A stretch of DNA of 64,000 nt from a virus. Below are positions 50,951 to 61,124 of this stretch, one piece after another (within the stretch, counting starts at the first letter, position 1; every line of letters starts with the position of its first letter). The notes under the pieces were generated by a model. It was given only the letters and a program-made list of their open reading frames with translations, searched no databases and was not told the origin of the DNA. The translations under genes and the position numbers were made by a program. The DNA lies in IMG/VR virus record IMGVR_UViG_3300044959_000303, positions 43,129 to 107,128 of that record. One strand, 5' to 3'.

Positions 50951-52786
50951 ATGTTTCGATATTCCGGAACTCTGAAATTTCGAAACAGAAAATACGAAAT
51001 TGTCAGTTTCGATTCGAACGAATCGAACAATATTCTGAATTTTCTCGAACTTCGAAAAAATCTGCAGATTCCGATTTTCGATGCGTTGAAAAATCTTCGA
51101 CCGGATCTGTTGAAAGTTTCTTTCGGGGAAAAAAAATATCTTCTGTCGATAATTCCCTCGTCGGGTGTCTGTTGTGATATTCATGTTTTTCTTTCTCTGG
51201 AAGAATACGAATCTGGTTTTTCGACGAATTTCACAAATGAAAACAGTATTCTGAAACAGATTCTGGATCTGAACGACTACGGCATCGTGATCATACGAAA
51301 TCAGAAAGTGATTTTCATCAACAGAACAATGGAAAAAATCGGTGGTTACAGTCTGGAAGAAGTTGTCGGAAAAAATTTCATCGATTTTTTCGATGAAAAG
51401 GAAAAAAGAAAAATTCTCGAAATACACCGCAAAAGAGCATCCATGGAGAACGAAGAACCGGAAAGAACATGGAAATCGGTTCTGGTGAAGAAAAATGGCG
51501 AAAAAATGTATGTCGAATGTAATGTTGCAAGAACGATTTTCGACAATGAAGATGCAGTGATCGCAATCGTGAAAGACATGACTCATTATCGAAAATTGTT
51601 GAATGTGCATCATGAAAGATATTATTACGACGACATGACGAAGACGATGAACCGGAACAGGCTCGTTGCCGATTTTCCGAAAATTCACAGAAAATATGTC
51701 GGCATATGTGATCTGATTCGTTTCAAGTTCGTCAACGACAAATTCGGTTACATGTACGGAGACAATCTCATAAGAAAATTCGCAAATTTTCTGAAAGAAC
51801 AGAAAATTGTCGAAAAAGTCTATCGATTGGGAGGAGACGAATTTTTTCTCGTTTTTTCGAAGAACGACATTTGCGAAATTCGAAAATTTTTCGAGTTTGC
51901 AAACGAAATTTCGAAAGAAATTCGTTTTCGTCTGGTGATTGCAGAAAAAAGAAAAAGTTTTCGAACCACGATGGAAATTCTGGATTTCTGTCTGACGGAA
52001 TCGAAAGAAAAATTCGTGAATTTCGTTTTTTTCGACAAGGAAAAAGAGACGATCTTCCGAAATCGTAAAAAACTGTTTTCTGCGAAAAACGAAGAAATTC
52101 TCGATGACATTCACATTTTCTTCCAGAAGATTTTCGACAGGAATTCCAATTCGAAAGGTTTCGAAATTCTTTCCGGTTTTCGAAGTTTCTTCCTGAACAA
52201 GGAAGATGTGTTCCGGGAAATATACAAAAACGGACTGTCGATCGAATTCATGAATCGAATTCTGGAAAAGATTTCGTTGTTCGTTTCCGGAAAAAATTTG
52301 CAGAACGAAAGAATTCACATCAATATCGACCATTCTCTTCTGGGAAATCAGTTCGAAGATTTTTTTCTCCTGTTGAAAAATTACGAAAGAATTCTGAATT
52401 CGAGTCGATTGATTCTGGAAATTACGGAAGAATACAATATTCTGACAGAAAAGGAATATGTTTCCAATCTTCTGAAGCTTCGTGAAAATTCCTTTCGTCT
52501 CGCTCTGGATGACATGGGCAGAAAATACAGTTCACTCGAATATGTTCTGAATATTCCTTTCGACATGATCAAATTCGATCGAAAATTTTCCTTCGAACTG
52601 GAAAAAGAAAATTCGAAAGTCGAAAATCTCTTTTCGAAACTGGTATCGGTTCTGAAAGACGATCATATTCTCGTACTCGAAGGAATCGAAAATGAAAAGT
52701 CGTATGAAAAAGCACTGAAATACGATATCGACGAATTGCAGGGTTTCTTTCTACACAGACCGGAAAATTGCGATTTTTCCCGATAG
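50951..52786 (+). CDS. PAS-GGDEF-EAL c-di-GMP metabolising protein
   Basis: PAS (FINRTMEKIGGYSLEEVVGKNF); GGDEF (FKFVNDKFGYMYGD, RLGGDEF); EAL (GFEIL, LEITE, LDDMG..YSSL, IKFDR, EGIE, LQGF). Confidence 0.9.
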   Translation: MFRYSGTLKFRNRKYEIVSFDSNESNNILNFLELRKNLQIPIFDALKNLRPDLLKVSFGEKKYLLSIIPSSGVCCDIHVFLSLEEYESGFSTNFTNENSILKQILDLNDYGIVIIRNQKVIFINRTMEKIGGYSLEEVVGKNFIDFFDEKEKRKILEIHRKRASMENEEPERTWKSVLVKKNGEKMYVECNVARTIFDNEDAVIAIVKDMTHYRKLLNVHHERYYYDDMTKTMNRNRLVADFPKIHRKYVGICDLIRFKFVNDKFGYMYGDNLIRKFANFLKEQKIVEKVYRLGGDEFFLVFSKNDICEIRKFFEFANEISKEIRFRLVIAEKRKSFRTTMEILDFCLTESKEKFVNFVFFDKEKETIFRNRKKLFSAKNEEILDDIHIFFQKIFDRNSNSKGFEILSGFRSFFLNKEDVFREIYKNGLSIEFMNRILEKISLFVSGKNLQNERIHINIDHSLLGNQFEDFFLLLKNYERILNSSRLILEITEEYNILTEKEYVSNLLKLRENSFRLALDDMGRKYSSLEYVLNIPFDMIKFDRKFSFELEKENSKVENLFSKLVSVLKDDHILVLEGIENEKSYEKALKYDIDELQGFFLHRPENCDFSR

Positions 52787-52802
52787 TTTCATGTTCGGAA
52801 TT

Positions 52803-53144
52803 TCATTCGGAAAGCAATTCAGGCTCCACGGTATAGACACCACATTCCCACAAACCGTCGCTTATCTTGTAAGTTTCGAAATTCGAAGTCGATATGATCT
52901 GAAAGGATACTCCGCTGATGTCGAGAGTAAACGAAGAATGAAAATTCACAAGAGTCGAAATTTCGGTATCGACCGTAACTGTCAGGGAACTTTCCGAAAT
53001 TTCCAGATCAATCGTTCTTCCATTTTCCAGAACGATACTGGCCGAAGTTCGAACTTTTCTCGTCATGAAATTTCTTCGGGAGGAATTCGGAATCGAAACG
53101 ACGGTTCCCGAATTTGTAAGAATTTCCACAGGAATTCTCGACAT
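52803..53144 (-). CDS. Hypothetical late protein
   Basis: ATAAATA on the minus strand at 53179-53185; beta-rich 113 aa ORF. Confidence 0.5.
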   Translation of the reverse strand: MSRIPVEILTNSGTVVSIPNSSRRNFMTRKVRTSASIVLENGRTIDLEISESSLTVTVDTEISTLVNFHSSFTLDISGVSFQIISTSNFETYKISDGLWECGVYTVEPELLSE

Positions 53145-53248
53145 TTTTTTTCTTTCGAAAAAAATTTTTTTTCAAGATTATTTATTTTTTTCGAAGAAAA
53201 AATTTCGGAAAATTTTTCGCTTTCGATTGCATAAATAAAATAAAAAAC

Positions 53249-53476
53249 ATGAGAAAAAATTCAATTACCGGTCCGAATGTTCTCTTTTCGTTTTCCCTGA
53301 ATGAAAAAACGCAAAATTTCGATATCGTCGAAAATCCGGATCTGTCCGCCCTGAAAGGAATTCGAAGAAAAAAGACTTTCGACAATTTCTGGATCTTTTC
53401 CGGAAAATTCACGAGGAACAGGTATACCCGACAGAAGGAAAAATATCTGGAGCAGGTTTTTCCTCTTGTCGATTGA
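53249..53476 (+). CDS. Hypothetical protein
   Basis: ATAAATA at 53231 immediately upstream. Confidence 0.45.
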   Translation: MRKNSITGPNVLFSFSLNEKTQNFDIVENPDLSALKGIRRKKTFDNFWIFSGKFTRNRYTRQKEKYLEQVFPLVD

Positions 53477-53485
53477 TTTGTTATT

Positions 53486-53779
53486 TTGTCGAAAAAAAAA
53501 TATTCTGTTATTATCGATATGCAACAGGGAGAAAAAAACGAAATGGTAAAATTTACGAAAGTCAGAATTCTGGACAGAAATCGATTGCTGGGAATGCTCG
53601 AAGAAGAACTTGGTCACGATGACGAACTGGTGAGAATTCTGAAAAAAGAATTTTTCGATTCGAAGGAAAGTTCGAAGAACGATTTTTCGTCGAATTTTCT
53701 GGAGAATCTCTGGAATTCTTACGATTTCGAAAAAAGAAAAAAAATCGAAAACATCATATTGACATGGTTGTTCGAATGA
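53486..53779 (+). CDS. Hypothetical protein (start uncertain)
   Basis: Co-oriented ORF; possible start at 53542 after GGGAG. Confidence 0.45.
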   Translation: MSKKKYSVIIDMQQGEKNEMVKFTKVRILDRNRLLGMLEEELGHDDELVRILKKEFFDSKESSKNDFSSNFLENLWNSYDFEKRKKIENIILTWLFE

Positions 53780-53805
53780 AATTTCTCATCGGGGAAAAAA
53801 CGATC

Positions 53806-55218
53806 ATGAAGACAGGAATTTCTTCCCGAATTTTCGTATATTTCTTTTTGTTTCCGTTTCTTCTGTTTTCCTTTTCCGTTCATGGCATGGACTGGAATTC
53901 GAAATTTTCCGAAAAAAATTTCGTGAAACTGGAAGAAAATTCGACTCTGGCTTTCGAAACGAGAAAAAGCGACCTGCATCCGTATTACAGAAACAAGAAA
54001 GATATTTTCGTCAGAAAAATTCGTGAAAACGACAACAAGGTGTTTTCGAGGGAAATATATGTCAGCAGCGAAGATCAAAGTGAAGAATACTGTTCGATCT
54101 ACATTCGGTACGAAAATGTCGTCATTGCTCTTCGAGATTTGTTGTACATATACAAAATCGCCGACAGAACGGTATGGTTCAATCGAATGAATTCAGGTTC
54201 CAACTGGAACAATTTCGAAGAAAATATCGAAGAAAATACCAGAGAAAATGTCGAAATGACCGAGAATTCGAACGAAGTGTTGATAACAACGAAAGTCGAT
54301 CTGACTCCTACGATAGAATTCTATGTATCCAGAAAACTTTTTCCCGAAGAAAAACTGAAATACAGGGGAGCTTACATTGTTCTGGAAATGAAGAAGAAAG
54401 TCGGCGAAAATGATCTGGAATACAGAAAAATTCTTCTCGAAGATTATCAATATTATTACGAAGTCAATGAAAGATTTGCCGTAATTCGAAGAAATTTCAT
54501 TTCTTTTCAGGAAATGGTCACACAGCTCGAAAAAAATGCGAAAATTGAAATTCAGGTGACTTTGTTCCATGAAAAATCGAACGAAGGTCGAAATTCGAAC
54601 GAAAATTCGATTCGAAACAAAAATGGCGTATCGGACAGAAATTCCGTAAACGAAAAAATTTCATTGAAATTCTCCCCGGAAGAGTCGAATGAAATTCTGA
54701 AATGCATTGGTAAAAAAACGAAAAAGGAAGCCATCGAAAATTTTGCCAGAAAGGAAGAAATTCGAAAACAGACCGTTGTTCGAACGACGAATTCGTATTT
54801 CGATATCGAAAAATTGAACAATGAAACGAATCGAAGCAATTATCTTCATCTGAAGGATGTTGTCCGAAATCTCGATATTCGATCTGTTCTCTTCGAAAAA
54901 GAACCCGTTTTTGTCGACGAAAACAAAAAATATGCAATTTTTTCGAATCCTTCGGCAAATTCTCATGTTCTGGTTTTCGTGACGAACGACGATGAAGGAA
55001 ATTCACTTTTCGATTATTCCTGTTCCCTGATTACAGAACAGAAAATTCATGAAAAAAACGACAATCGGCTTCTGGTATGTGAAAAAGAAGATCGAAGAAT
55101 TTTTCTGTACAGAAAAATCAAAAATCGAATGACATATCACTTCGTGTTTTTCGCGAATTCTTCGAATATCAGCGAAGAAGAATCCAGAAAACTCTACGAT
55201 TTTCTTCTCTACAACTGA
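53806..55218 (+). CDS. Hypothetical secreted or membrane-anchored protein
   Basis: Hydrophobic N-terminal signal-like segment RIFVYFFLFPFLLFSFSVHG. Confidence 0.55.
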   Translation: MKTGISSRIFVYFFLFPFLLFSFSVHGMDWNSKFSEKNFVKLEENSTLAFETRKSDLHPYYRNKKDIFVRKIRENDNKVFSREIYVSSEDQSEEYCSIYIRYENVVIALRDLLYIYKIADRTVWFNRMNSGSNWNNFEENIEENTRENVEMTENSNEVLITTKVDLTPTIEFYVSRKLFPEEKLKYRGAYIVLEMKKKVGENDLEYRKILLEDYQYYYEVNERFAVIRRNFISFQEMVTQLEKNAKIEIQVTLFHEKSNEGRNSNENSIRNKNGVSDRNSVNEKISLKFSPEESNEILKCIGKKTKKEAIENFARKEEIRKQTVVRTTNSYFDIEKLNNETNRSNYLHLKDVVRNLDIRSVLFEKEPVFVDENKKYAIFSNPSANSHVLVFVTNDDEGNSLFDYSCSLITEQKIHEKNDNRLLVCEKEDRRIFLYRKIKNRMTYHFVFFANSSNISEEESRKLYDFLLYN

Positions 55219-55245
55219 AAAAAAAAATTTTTTTCGCACGAATGT

Positions 55246-56163
55246 TCAGTTTTTCATCGAGAAATATTCTTTTTTCAGAATTTTCCACAATCTGTTCCGA
55301 TTTTTTCGAAACCAGATTTCTTCGATATAGAAAAAGACATCATTCGTGATCATGATTTCATTGCCGGATTTCACTGCCTCTTCGAAATTTTCGTTCGTGA
55401 AATTTCGTAACAGAGAATTTTTTCTGTTCAGAACGATGATTTTTTTCAATTCTTCTTCCGAATCGAAATCGAATTTCCGATGATTGTCGGCAATTTCGTT
55501 GATGATTGTCATGTAATCCGTTTGAAAACGATCTTCCTGAAAATGTCTTTTCACGATTGTTTCCAACAGGTTCAGAGCTTCTTTCGTATGGCCTTTCTTC
55601 ATCAGAAGTTCGATATTTTCTTTTTCTTCGTGAAAAATTTCCGATGGAAGATGAAACATGATCGAATCTGTCAGTGCATGAACAATTTCTTTTTTCAATT
55701 TTCGAATTTCGGCAAAATTCAACAGAAAAATTCTGTGACTGTAAAGACTGGTGAAAAAATCGTGAGATACCGGATTCCATGTGAAGAAAAATTTTTTCGA
55801 AGGAAAAACGACTGCCAGAATTCTGTCGTTTTTTCGATAGTTCAATGCCGTTGTTCTTTCTCCTGTCACAAATATGCTGTTCGATCTCAATGCTCGAAAA
55901 CCGGAATTTTTCAGATAGTCGTCGATGAGTTTCTGTACGAACGGTGATGAACTCAATGGTTTACGATTCTTTTCTATACTCGAAATTCCATAATTTGTCG
56001 TCCATTCACTTCTGTTCGGAGTCAAGGCTCTGTACAATGAATTTTCGAACAGAAATTTCACAATTTCCGGATTCGTGTTTCTTGCCATTTCCCGAACAAA
56101 TTTTTCGAATTTTTCGTCGAAGAAAAAATTCTTGTCCGTGTTCGTGACTTCGATGATTTTCAT
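55246..56163 (-). CDS. Late paralog family member 4 (putative ADP-ribosyltransferase-like fold)
   Basis: MKIIE; LYRA, RSNSIFVT, SGNEIMIT; closest to member 1; ATAAATA at 56191-56197. Confidence 0.6.
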   Translation of the reverse strand: MKIIEVTNTDKNFFFDEKFEKFVREMARNTNPEIVKFLFENSLYRALTPNRSEWTTNYGISSIEKNRKPLSSSPFVQKLIDDYLKNSGFRALRSNSIFVTGERTTALNYRKNDRILAVVFPSKKFFFTWNPVSHDFFTSLYSHRIFLLNFAEIRKLKKEIVHALTDSIMFHLPSEIFHEEKENIELLMKKGHTKEALNLLETIVKRHFQEDRFQTDYMTIINEIADNHRKFDFDSEEELKKIIVLNRKNSLLRNFTNENFEEAVKSGNEIMITNDVFFYIEEIWFRKNRNRLWKILKKEYFSMKN

Positions 56164-57736
56164 TTCTGTTCCGAAAAAAATTTCCGATTTTATTTATTCG
56201 AAAAATGTCGATTTCTGTCTGGAATGTTTTTCGATGTTTTTCTGGAGAAAAAATGCATGATAGAAGCGATTTTCATACGAATTTGCAGAATTCGTACAAT
56301 CGACGAATTCGCGACATATTCGAAATGTACGAAAAAATTCTTCTCCATGTTTTTCATTGTCATGCTCGTCGTTTCACTTCTTTCTGTCCGAAAGAAGATT
56401 TGCCGGAATTTCGTTTTTTCGACGAATTGTTCGAAGAAATTGGAAAATCATCTTCTTCTACCGGAAAAAAAACGATAAATTGTTTTTTTCCGAATATCAT
56501 GCGAAAAAAGAAATTCGACCTTTTTTCGAAAACAGGAATCTGTACATTGTATCTTCGAAGTTGTCGTATCTGTTTCGAAATTCGAAAAATTCGAAAAAAT
56601 TCGATGAAATTGTCGTGAAAATCGAAGAATTTCAGAACTCGCGAAACACATATACGAAGAAAATTCGAAAAAGAACAGAAAAGTCATTCTGTTTTTTCAC
56701 GAAAGTGGAAGATTTGGAATATTCGGAAGCTTTTTCACTGTATTCGAAAAATACGATCGGACTTCTGCACGACATGAACATATTGCAGACAATTTCGACG
56801 GGAATTCGTATTCGAATTTACGGGAATGTCGAAAAATGCTCTCGTAAATTTCCTCTGCAAAAAATTGTCGTTGATTTTTGGCACAAGTTCGGTGAAATCG
56901 ACTTCCTGTTTTCACGACAGTGCCAAAAAGATCATTATTCGTCATCTTCTGTCGAAAATGATCGATATACCGATTTTCGATGAAACGAAATCGATCGGGC
57001 AGAAAAAAAGAATGAAAAATTCGTGTTTTTCGATTTCGGCTCTTTCGAACGAATTTCGATTCCGAAATTTGTTCGAATTCAGAAAACGAAAGAAAAAACG
57101 GACAAAAGAAATACGAGAAGAAAAATCGAAGGAAGATATTTCAGAACGAAGAAATATTTGAGAAAAACAATTGTCAATCTGTGAGAAGTCTCCGGTGGAA
57201 GCAGATGCATCAATCTCATATACCATGGCAAACGCATTTTTCTTTCTCTCCTTTTCTTCGAAATGAATTTATTCTTTTTTTCTTTTCTTTTTTCGAAAAT
57301 CGAAAAAAATTTCGAATTTTTTCATGTCGACTTCCGAATTCCGATTTTCATTTCTTCTGCAGAATTTTTTTCTCGAAAAAATGATCGTTTTCGGAAATTT
57401 TTTCGATTCGGTTCACCGTTTTCGCCCTCGAACGAAAATATCGTAATCGATTTCACGAAAAATTTCGAGAAAAATTTCACGATGAAAGTCACGAAAATTT
57501 CTTTTCGCCATTTCGTGACATGTTTCGATTCACTGTTTTCTCTTCGGAAATTTTTTCTTTGTGAAGTCGACGATGAATTTCGAATTGTACGAAAAAAAAA
57601 ATTTCGTTCGATGTACGAACATTTTTTTTTCTGTGAAATCGAATTTTTTTTTTCGCATGATTTTCGGTTCGACATCATTTTCATCGACTTCGAACGAAAA
57701 TGTCGATCTTTTCTTCGAAAATTCGAATTTTTTCTG

Positions 57737-59590
57737 TCACGAAAAATTTTTCACGAATACGAGAGTTCCACAATCGTAGATTTTCGACAGATTTTTCTTT
57801 TGCGAATTTTCTGTCGAACGTCGATTTTCATGTACATACCAACGGCGAGGTTCGGTAATTTTCACGAGAACAAAGCCGTTTTTTTTCAGAGTCGAACCGG
57901 TGAACCATCTTCTGTCGACATTTGCCGTTATCGAAAGCGGACGATTTTCTTTCTCGAAATGTTTCAACATTCGGGAAAACAATCCTGCATGACATTTTCC
58001 GTTCGTGCAGAATCCTGTCATTTTCCATGAATTTTCGAAATTTCTTCTTTTCGAAAAAGACATGCATGCCACAAGTTCGTCATTGAAAAATGCACCATAA
58101 TGAAAAGTCGAACGAATTGCTTTCTGCAGAGAATGTTTTTCATGAAAATTTCGAGCCATCGAAAAGGAAATTTTTCGAATCGAAGTGATTTTTCTCGCAG
58201 GAACACCTTTTTCCGCTCTGTTCAGAACATACTTCAGTACATTTCGAACCGCATTTCGGTGAAATTTCCATTCGTCTTCGAAAATGTGAATCAGGCGATA
58301 ATTTCTTCTTTCGAGTTGTTCGGTTTTGTTCACATGATAATTTTTCGGAAGAAATTTCGAACTGTGAAAATACAATCCGTTGCATTCGATGGCAATTCTG
58401 GAATTCTTCACCAGAATATCGATTTCGAAATTGCCGAAAATTCTGCAATTTCTCGAAATTTCGATCTTCAGGGAAGAAACGAATTCCGCAACTTCGTTTT
58501 CCCAACCGGAACTCGTGAATTCGGTTCTTCTGCATTCCGGACATTTGTATCGTCTTCTGGTCACGTAAAGAAGAGAACTCGTGAAAAAAACATGATGTTT
58601 TCTGCAATGAAACAGAACCGGACTTTTTGTTCCGATTTTTTCGTCCGATTTCGGAAAGACGATTTCGATATCGAATTTTTTCAGAACTTCATTGTATTTT
58701 TCGACCGTATTTTTTCTTTTTTCGTTCTGGCATTCTGGACATTTCGTGTTTCTGAAAAGAAAATCGTACAACCATGGACGAAAAATTCCGTGTTTCGGAC
58801 ATTTCAGAATCAGTCGATGTCCTTCCACCGACAACAATTCGTAATTTTCTTCGCAAATTTTTTTTCTTGCCAATTGCAGTTTTTTCGAAAAGTTTTCCGG
58901 TGTGATTCGATATTTTTCGAAATTTTCCGAATTCGAAGAAAATTGCCCGAAAAGATTTTCGATTTCCTTTTTCGAATCTTCTTTCTCGCAGTTTCTGCAG
59001 AAAAATTTAAGATTTTTTCTTTTTCGAATTGCAATGCGAATTTTTTCGTTTCTGCATTTTCTGCACGAAAGTTCCAGAAAATTTCTTTCTTCCCGAATAT
59101 CGAAATTCGGATTGAGCATTTCTATCGTGTGAAGAAAAATTTTTCTTCGAAACGGTTCGTTGTTTTTGCAGGAATTGCATTTCACGTAGAAAAATTTTCT
59201 TTCGAATTCGGGAATTTCGAAGATTTTCGAGCAGGAATCACAACGAAAAACAAGAAAATTCTTTTCGTGTTTTTCGAAGCGAAGATTCGAATGTATGGAA
59301 AGCATGCCCCGAATGAATTCTTCTTCACTGTTTGCAAGAATTTCGAATCTGTTGATCGCGAAATTTCGAATTTTCGAATTTTTTCGATTTTTCCAACATT
59401 CGGGACAGGAAGTTCGACCTTTTTTCGAACGGAATTTCAGCTGTTCGTATGTCGAATTCCATGTGAAATCGTGCAAATTGCAATGCAGAACAATTTTGTT
59501 CGGATTTTCGATGCTTTTCAATTCAGTGGAAGAATAGTTCCTTTTTATTCTTTCGACACGTTTTTCTACGATGTTTCGAATATTTGTCAT
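57737..59590 (-). CDS. Zn-ribbon repeats + Vsr-like endonuclease + GNAT/Mom-like domain
   Basis: CxxH...CPEC repeats; EIDILVKNSRIAIECNGLYFHS; LIHIFEDEW; ARKI, HSLQ, LVACMSF, VDRRWFTG, IYDCG. Confidence 0.75.
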   Translation of the reverse strand: MTNIRNIVEKRVERIKRNYSSTELKSIENPNKIVLHCNLHDFTWNSTYEQLKFRSKKGRTSCPECWKNRKNSKIRNFAINRFEILANSEEEFIRGMLSIHSNLRFEKHEKNFLVFRCDSCSKIFEIPEFERKFFYVKCNSCKNNEPFRRKIFLHTIEMLNPNFDIREERNFLELSCRKCRNEKIRIAIRKRKNLKFFCRNCEKEDSKKEIENLFGQFSSNSENFEKYRITPENFSKKLQLARKKICEENYELLSVEGHRLILKCPKHGIFRPWLYDFLFRNTKCPECQNEKRKNTVEKYNEVLKKFDIEIVFPKSDEKIGTKSPVLFHCRKHHVFFTSSLLYVTRRRYKCPECRRTEFTSSGWENEVAEFVSSLKIEISRNCRIFGNFEIDILVKNSRIAIECNGLYFHSSKFLPKNYHVNKTEQLERRNYRLIHIFEDEWKFHRNAVRNVLKYVLNRAEKGVPARKITSIRKISFSMARNFHEKHSLQKAIRSTFHYGAFFNDELVACMSFSKRRNFENSWKMTGFCTNGKCHAGLFSRMLKHFEKENRPLSITANVDRRWFTGSTLKKNGFVLVKITEPRRWYVHENRRSTENSQKKNLSKIYDCGTLVFVKNFS

Positions 59591-59709
59591 TGTCGTGAAA
59601 AAGTAAAGAAGATTTTTTTCGAAATTTTTTTTTTCGACGATATTATTTACTTTTCGAAAATTCGAAGTTCGAAAAAAAAAAAAAAAGAAGAATTCGTGAC
59701 AAAAAAAAA

Positions 59710-59786
59710 TGGCGACCCCGAGTGGGCTCGAACCACCAACCCCCGGCTTAGAAGGCCGGTGCTCTATCCGGTTGAGCTACGGGGTC
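59710..59786 (-). tRNA. tRNA-Arg(TCT)
   Basis: GACCCCGTAGCTCAACCGGATAGAGCACCGGCCT-TCT-AAGCCGGGGGTTGGTGGTTCGAGCCCACTCGGGGTCGCCA; full cloverleaf with CCA. Confidence 0.96.
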
Positions 59787-59805
59787 TTGCCTGTCATGCT
59801 GTCGA

Positions 59806-59834
59806 ATTATGCAAGCATTCTTCGAATTTGTCAA
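59806..59834 (-). promoter_or_regulatory. Sigma70-type promoter for tRNA-Arg
   Basis: TTGACA-17 nt-CATAAT. Confidence 0.75.
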
Positions 59835-59880
59835 CTCCTTTTTTGCGGAAATTTTTCTTCACATGTACGAAAAAAAATTG

Positions 59881-60363
59881 TCAATTTTCCTGTTCTTCTT
59901 CATCTTCCTTTTTTTCGACAACATATTCGTACATGTACAGCACACATGCGAGACCGTAGACAATTGCAAGAATGTGTCCGAAAATTCCACCTTCCGCACC
60001 ATACAGTACGACACAGAAAATCAGGGTGGACCAGAACGAAACTCTGGTATTCCACGTGAAAAAGAGAATCACGAGAAAGAAAATCAGAGAAGAATGATAT
60101 TTCGTCATGTATGCAAGAACGACAAAAATGATCGATCCGTATTTCGGAAAATATGGAATCAGAAAAAGCGAGAAAAATGCAAAAATTTCCGGATGATTGT
60201 AAAGTGTGTCGTGAATTTTTTCGTGATTGTAAATGTAAATCAGAATTCCCAGATAAGTCAGATATTTGCTCAGAAGATACTTGATGTAGTTTCGAAAGAA
60301 CAGATCTCTTGCTTCTTTGGTCAGATTCGTCAAATCGAAGGTTTCTTCTTCCCTGTTCTGCAT
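59881..60363 (-). CDS. Membrane protein
   Basis: Several hydrophobic segments; AAGGA upstream. Confidence 0.6.
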   Translation of the reverse strand: MQNREEETFDLTNLTKEARDLFFRNYIKYLLSKYLTYLGILIYIYNHEKIHDTLYNHPEIFAFFSLFLIPYFPKYGSIIFVVLAYMTKYHSSLIFFLVILFFTWNTRVSFWSTLIFCVVLYGAEGGIFGHILAIVYGLACVLYMYEYVVEKKEDEEEQEN

Positions 60364-60403
60364 TTTTTCGATTCCTTCACGATGTTCTTTCTGTCTTCGA
60401 CTT

Positions 60404-60856
60404 TCAGAATTCCAGAATCTCGTAGAACTTTCCGTTCATCTCGTCTTCGTCCAGACTGTAGATCACTCTGTCGATATCGAATTCCATGATCGCCGACTGG
60501 CAACCGGGACAAGGCTTCGAAAGTCCCCATATATATGAAGAATTCGGAGCGAATTTCTTGACACGGCACACATAGAGAGTCTTCTTCGCATCGACGAATT
60601 CATTGAGTCCCATGTTCGAAATTGCCTGCTTTATTGCACTGATTTCCGCATGAATATAGATATGATTCTTGTTTTTCGAAAATCTTTGCTGGAAGGGAGA
60701 AGTTTTCGACGAATTCAGTCCGATCGAAATCAGTCGATTCTTGACGTAAATGGCGGCGGCCAGCTTGGCATAGCTGTTCTTGCCAAGGCAGACACCTCTG
60801 TTCGCCTTGGCAATTTCCGACAAAAACATCAATCTTTGATGGTGCTTGTCGTTCAT
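60404..60856 (-). CDS. Zinc-dependent nucleotide/nucleic acid deaminase fold protein
   Basis: HAEISAI and SKPCPGC motifs. Confidence 0.85.
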   Translation of the reverse strand: MNDKHHQRLMFLSEIAKANRGVCLGKNSYAKLAAAIYVKNRLISIGLNSSKTSPFQQRFSKNKNHIYIHAEISAIKQAISNMGLNEFVDAKKTLYVCRVKKFAPNSSYIWGLSKPCPGCQSAIMEFDIDRVIYSLDEDEMNGKFYEILEF

Positions 60857-60972
60857 GCCCTTCTTGTAATCGATTTTTTCGCACTGTCAAGAAATTTTTT
60901 TTCACATTCGTTCGAAGAAAAATTTTTTTCGTTTTTTACGAAATTTTCATGTTCGAAAATTTTTTTCGAAAT

Positions 60973-61023
60973 TTCGAAAAAATTCGAAAAAGAACAGAAT
61001 TTCTGTTCTTTTCCGAAGAAAAG
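60973..61023. repeat. About 50-bp palindromic element, copy 1 (copy 2 at 62039..62088)
   Basis: TTCGAAAAAATTCGAAAA(A)GAACAGAATTTCTGTTCTTTT.CGAAGAAAAG. Confidence 0.75.
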
Positions 61024-61073
61024 TTTTTTCGAAAAGACAGATTGTTTTTCGCGTTTGTTTCTGGCAGAAACAA

Positions 61074-61110
61074 AATTCGGGGAAGGTGTTGTCGACACCT
61101 TCCCCGAATT
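61074..61110 (-). terminator. Intrinsic terminator after 61125..61718
   Basis: AATTCGGGGAAGGTGT/ACACCTTCCCCGAATT stem with U-rich tail on the minus strand. Confidence 0.75.
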
Positions 61111-61124
61111 CGGAATTCAGTATT

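Noticed and set aside
56942-57226. Remnant of another Vsr-like nuclease (PIDFVSSKIGISIIFD)
   Set aside because: The resemblance is too short and in low-complexity sequence to support without an alignment score.
58100-59959. Long antisense ORFs (also 50909..52333, 19399..20637, 21967..23076, 33534..34529)
   Set aside because: F/I/R-rich shadows of real genes, caused by scarce TTA/CTA codons that remove TAA/TAG on the opposite strand.
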